Shown in pieces: positions 60,837 through 64,000 of a DNA stretch of 64,000 nucleotides. The stretch lies in NCBI GenBank assembly GCA_047495785.1, contig JBLDXI010000003.1, forward strand, positions 372,001 to 436,000, in the 5' to 3' direction. How positions within the stretch are numbered: the first letter of the stretch is position 1; the number at the start of each line of letters is the position of its first letter. A program made the position numbers and the translations under genes. The stretch comes from Lepidodermella squamata. Its lineage: Eukaryota > Animalia > Gastrotricha. Below the pieces are notes generated by a model. That model saw only the letters and a program-made list of their open reading frames with translations, was not told the origin of the DNA and did not search any database.

Positions 60837-61276
60837 TCATTGCGTTACTGTCCTGACCTGATAAATCCAGACAAATAAAAATGAAAGGATATTTCGCCCC
60901 GCACTTGCATTGCTTTTGGTGCGTGGCTAAAACATCTCAGCTTCCCTCTGTCATATGATTTTGTTGTTGAAAAGCACTGACAAATGAAAGCTTAGATATC
61001 GCTTCGCAAAATCTGGGCATGAAAGCCGATAGATTGGAATATTCTGATCACAACTCACGACTACAAGATTCATCTATAATTAATGACCGAGCTTTGAGAG
61101 CTTGATTACCAACTTCGAAGACTGGTGGGCTTGTAATAGGCTAACATTTGATCACTCGAATTGTCCCTTATCGATCGAGACTCCATTTGACAAACACGTG
61201 GGTAGTGCATGACTCAATTTGCTGGTTAGGTCTTCACTGTCCAGCTTCTGACAGTTCAATTTCCTCATTCAGTTAC

Positions 61277-64000
61277 ATGCATCGAGAAAGCTTTTTTATC
61301 CTAAAAACGGCTCTGATTTCGGCAGTTATTGCAGGGTATGATCCCTCGCCGGATACAAACTCGCTACAATTACCAACAGGGTTCAGAGGACCGCCGTTAT
61401 ATTTACCGCGATTGTCGTTCGACGGTGAAAACGCGACGGTCAACAGCAATGGCACGTTCACAACGTACTACGCTGCCCGGAAAGTTGCGAATGGCTACCA
61501 GCTGAACAACATGTCGGCCGCGAATACATCGCCAAACGAGACTCTGGCTATGCTGCAAGGACAGGTGGGCTCATGATGTTCGAAATTGAACTGCTCAATC
61601 TGAATATGCAGATGTATTAGTAAAGAAAAAAATGAGTGGCGGTTGAAAATTCTTTGTCCGGGTTGATGACTTATTTTTCTGAGAAAATGATTTCGGTTTG
61701 CCTTTTACAGAAAGTTGACACTGACGGGCTCAACCTGATAAACTGGCGCATAGAGTACGACGTAGAGCTTCGCTACAAAACGAGCGGACCAACCAATTCC
61801 TGGTTCGGAGTCGCTCTTACAACAAACCGATTCTCGCCGAGTATGTCTTTGAAAGCTTGGACATAACAACGGTTAAGTAGGCTTTCTTTCTTTATTGAAG
61901 ATATCTCGTCTGGTTCATCGTATTACGACGTTTTCACGAAATTTGGCTATGGCTTACTGACTTTTCTAAAGCTAGAATCGGGCGGCAGCATGGTGATAAC
62001 GTGGAGGACCGGCATGGACAATGGCACTCTAACGGAGCCGCCTTTCAATGATTCAAGAAACACTTATTCCTTCGACACCAGCTGCGTTATGCCGTCGTCG
62101 GGCGTCGCGAAATTTCGCATGATCTACCAAAGCGTGTTCGACGTCATAACTGTTAGTTTCAATAAAAATTGACTCACAATATTGATTTTTGCGATTTGAA
62201 GATGATGGCTGTTCCTGGTTCTGGAGGAGCTTCTTGCTCTACCGTAGTGAGATTCTCGGGATTCGCTGTTTACATTGGCTACCAAATGATACAAGGAAAG
62301 ATAACCCCAGCATTCTACGCAGTTAATGGAGCAGATGGCGATGTTCTCGTGAAAAAAATGCAAGTCGATTGCAAATTTACAACAATATCTCTCGAAGATC
62401 TCCCGATTCTCAATTGCATGGAGTAATCGTAATGGAGCTGGAACCCGCTGAAATAGCGAGCACAAAGGCCATATCTCGCACCGTATCTAGACGCTGAACA
62501 ATAAACTAATTTACGAGCGATCACGCGCGCGCGCACACCGAGCACAAAAGAAACGCGCGCACACCATAACACCGTAACGCGTCGTTTTGTAACCCATTAA
62601 AACCAGCTAAACCACTCGCAACTTTCTCTGTTTTACTCGTTTTTGTGTTAATTCTTCATTTATTCTCTGATTTTAAATTCTACTCGGTTTCACAAAATCA
62701 CAACGATTGAAAAATAATCAAAAATCATGAAAACTAAGCGGCTGAATTTTTGGGAGAATTTTTCAATTCGCAAGAACGACGGTGAAAACCTCATTAAATG
62801 TCAGCCGCTTGAAACTGCTCTTCTTTTCAATATTATTTACTACGTAACGCCCTATTACGTTGCCCTATCTATTGTTCTATGCCGATGTGTGCGTGATGCA
62901 TTTTCGAACGCACAACGACGAGCGCGCACGCAATTTTCGCCACCACCCTTTCTTTGTTAACAGGTGGGCGCGCACCTGTTCAATGTATAACATTATAACA
63001 ACGACGTACCGATAGATGAAAACGAGCTCAATCGGTACAATTTTACTGCTTGATAACAGCTATTATCGTTTAGGCTCTGGAAAATTCAGAAAATTGGTAC
63101 CTTTCAACAGTTATTTGCGATTACCTTCAAGACTATAAATGACATAAAGACGCAATTTAGACGTACCGACTGCTCATGATTCAGCGGTTTCGTTGACATA
63201 AAATATAAGAAAAACCGATAAAAAATGAGTTTGCTAGAAAATATGTTGGTTTTAAATAGTGAGACAAGCACCCGAGCGGTTACGCAACACGCTCTATTGT
63301 AAGTACGCGAGCGGCAGCGCGCGCGCACCATCAGATAACTCTTTGTCGCTGCGCGCAGTTCCAACTCCATTTTTATTCCTCCATGCTCAATTCGCTCATT
63401 TCCACATACTTCGAAGATCTCTGACTTTTTCTGGTCCCCGGTTCATTTGTTTAACTGTGAAATATTGTGTACAGGTATATTTGGGGGCTCACCGAAGATA
63501 GCCCATCTCTCCCGGATTTGTACACGCTCCCTCTTCCAGCAAACTTTGGCAAGACGACTCTAGGCGGCTATGCCAGCTACGACTACACGGGGGAGTACAA
63601 TTGGACAACCAAGCCGATTGTTCCGTATACTACCTCCCCAAACTATCCGCTGATCAGCAGCACTCAGAAGCCCAGAACATTGAGCTCCTCGGTTATTTTT
63701 TCAAATTCGAAAATTCCTGCGGAACTTTTAAATAATTAGTTGATTAATTACAGTACTACTTCTCATTCTTCAAAGATTTTCGATTCGAGTTCGACTTTGA
63801 CGTTAAATGTAGCCAAAATAATGCTCAAGCCTGGCTGGGCATGATCTTCAGTCTGAAGACAAATAGCCCGGGAATGGGTAAGATGATGCAAAGACCGCTT
63901 TAAAAAAATATCGACCGTGCTGTTTCCTAGTTAAACTCGGTGGCTCCGCGGATTACAATGGCGTAAATAACCTAATGGGCTTCGGCATCTGGCAGAACCT
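61277..64000 (+). CDS. Paralogue of the ectodomain of the extended Cys-loop channel gene; multi-exon, runs off the window end
   Basis: Signal peptide; exon-by-exon similarity to 2390-3652 (PPFNDS.NT..FD..C, FYA.NGADGDVL.KK, PDL.T..LP, DYTGE, RFE.D.DVKCS). Confidence 0.8.
62402..63410. mobile_element. ~1-kb intronic insertion with ~10-bp flanking direct repeat and imperfect subterminal inverted repeats (MULE-like)
   Basis: TCGAAGATCT at 62392-62401 and 63411-63420; GCATGGAG...ATGGAGCTGGAAC is mirrored near 63357-63386; the equivalent intron in the paralogue is only 142 bp. Confidence 0.6.

Overview
Eukaryotic (invertebrate-type metazoan) genomic DNA with short ~50-bp GT-AG introns, dense in lineage-specific gene families and DNA transposons. 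The organism cannot be determined from this window. Contents in order: the 3' part of a Mutator-like (MULE) transposon with an apparently intact spliced DDE transposase and adjacent RING-finger exons, inserted in an exon of a large gene. That gene splices two repeated beta-rich ectodomains and a Ser/Thr mucin stalk onto a Cys-loop ligand-gated ion channel, and a paralogue begins at 61.3 kb. There are three minimal Ly6/three-finger genes and a tandem family of membrane-anchored SGNH-fold enzymes (4 full-length copies plus 1 truncated), one of them split by a 4.7-kb non-coding element with ~680-bp terminal inverted repeats. An 8.5-kb palindrome (24104-32598, 27-bp spacer) fuses, at its left junction, the 5' part of an SGNH gene in frame to an ankyrin-repeat ORF, creating a candidate new chimeric gene. 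Also present: a class A GPCR, a GABA-B-like class C GPCR, ERp44 (with a solo LTR 22 bp upstream of the ATG and a ~10.3-kb ORF-poor intron), ankyrin/SOCS-box proteins, two single-PAN-domain genes, a STELLO-like glycosyltransferase, and many MITEs and pseudogene fragments. All gene models were spliced by eye and all family assignments come from motif recognition, not database searches.
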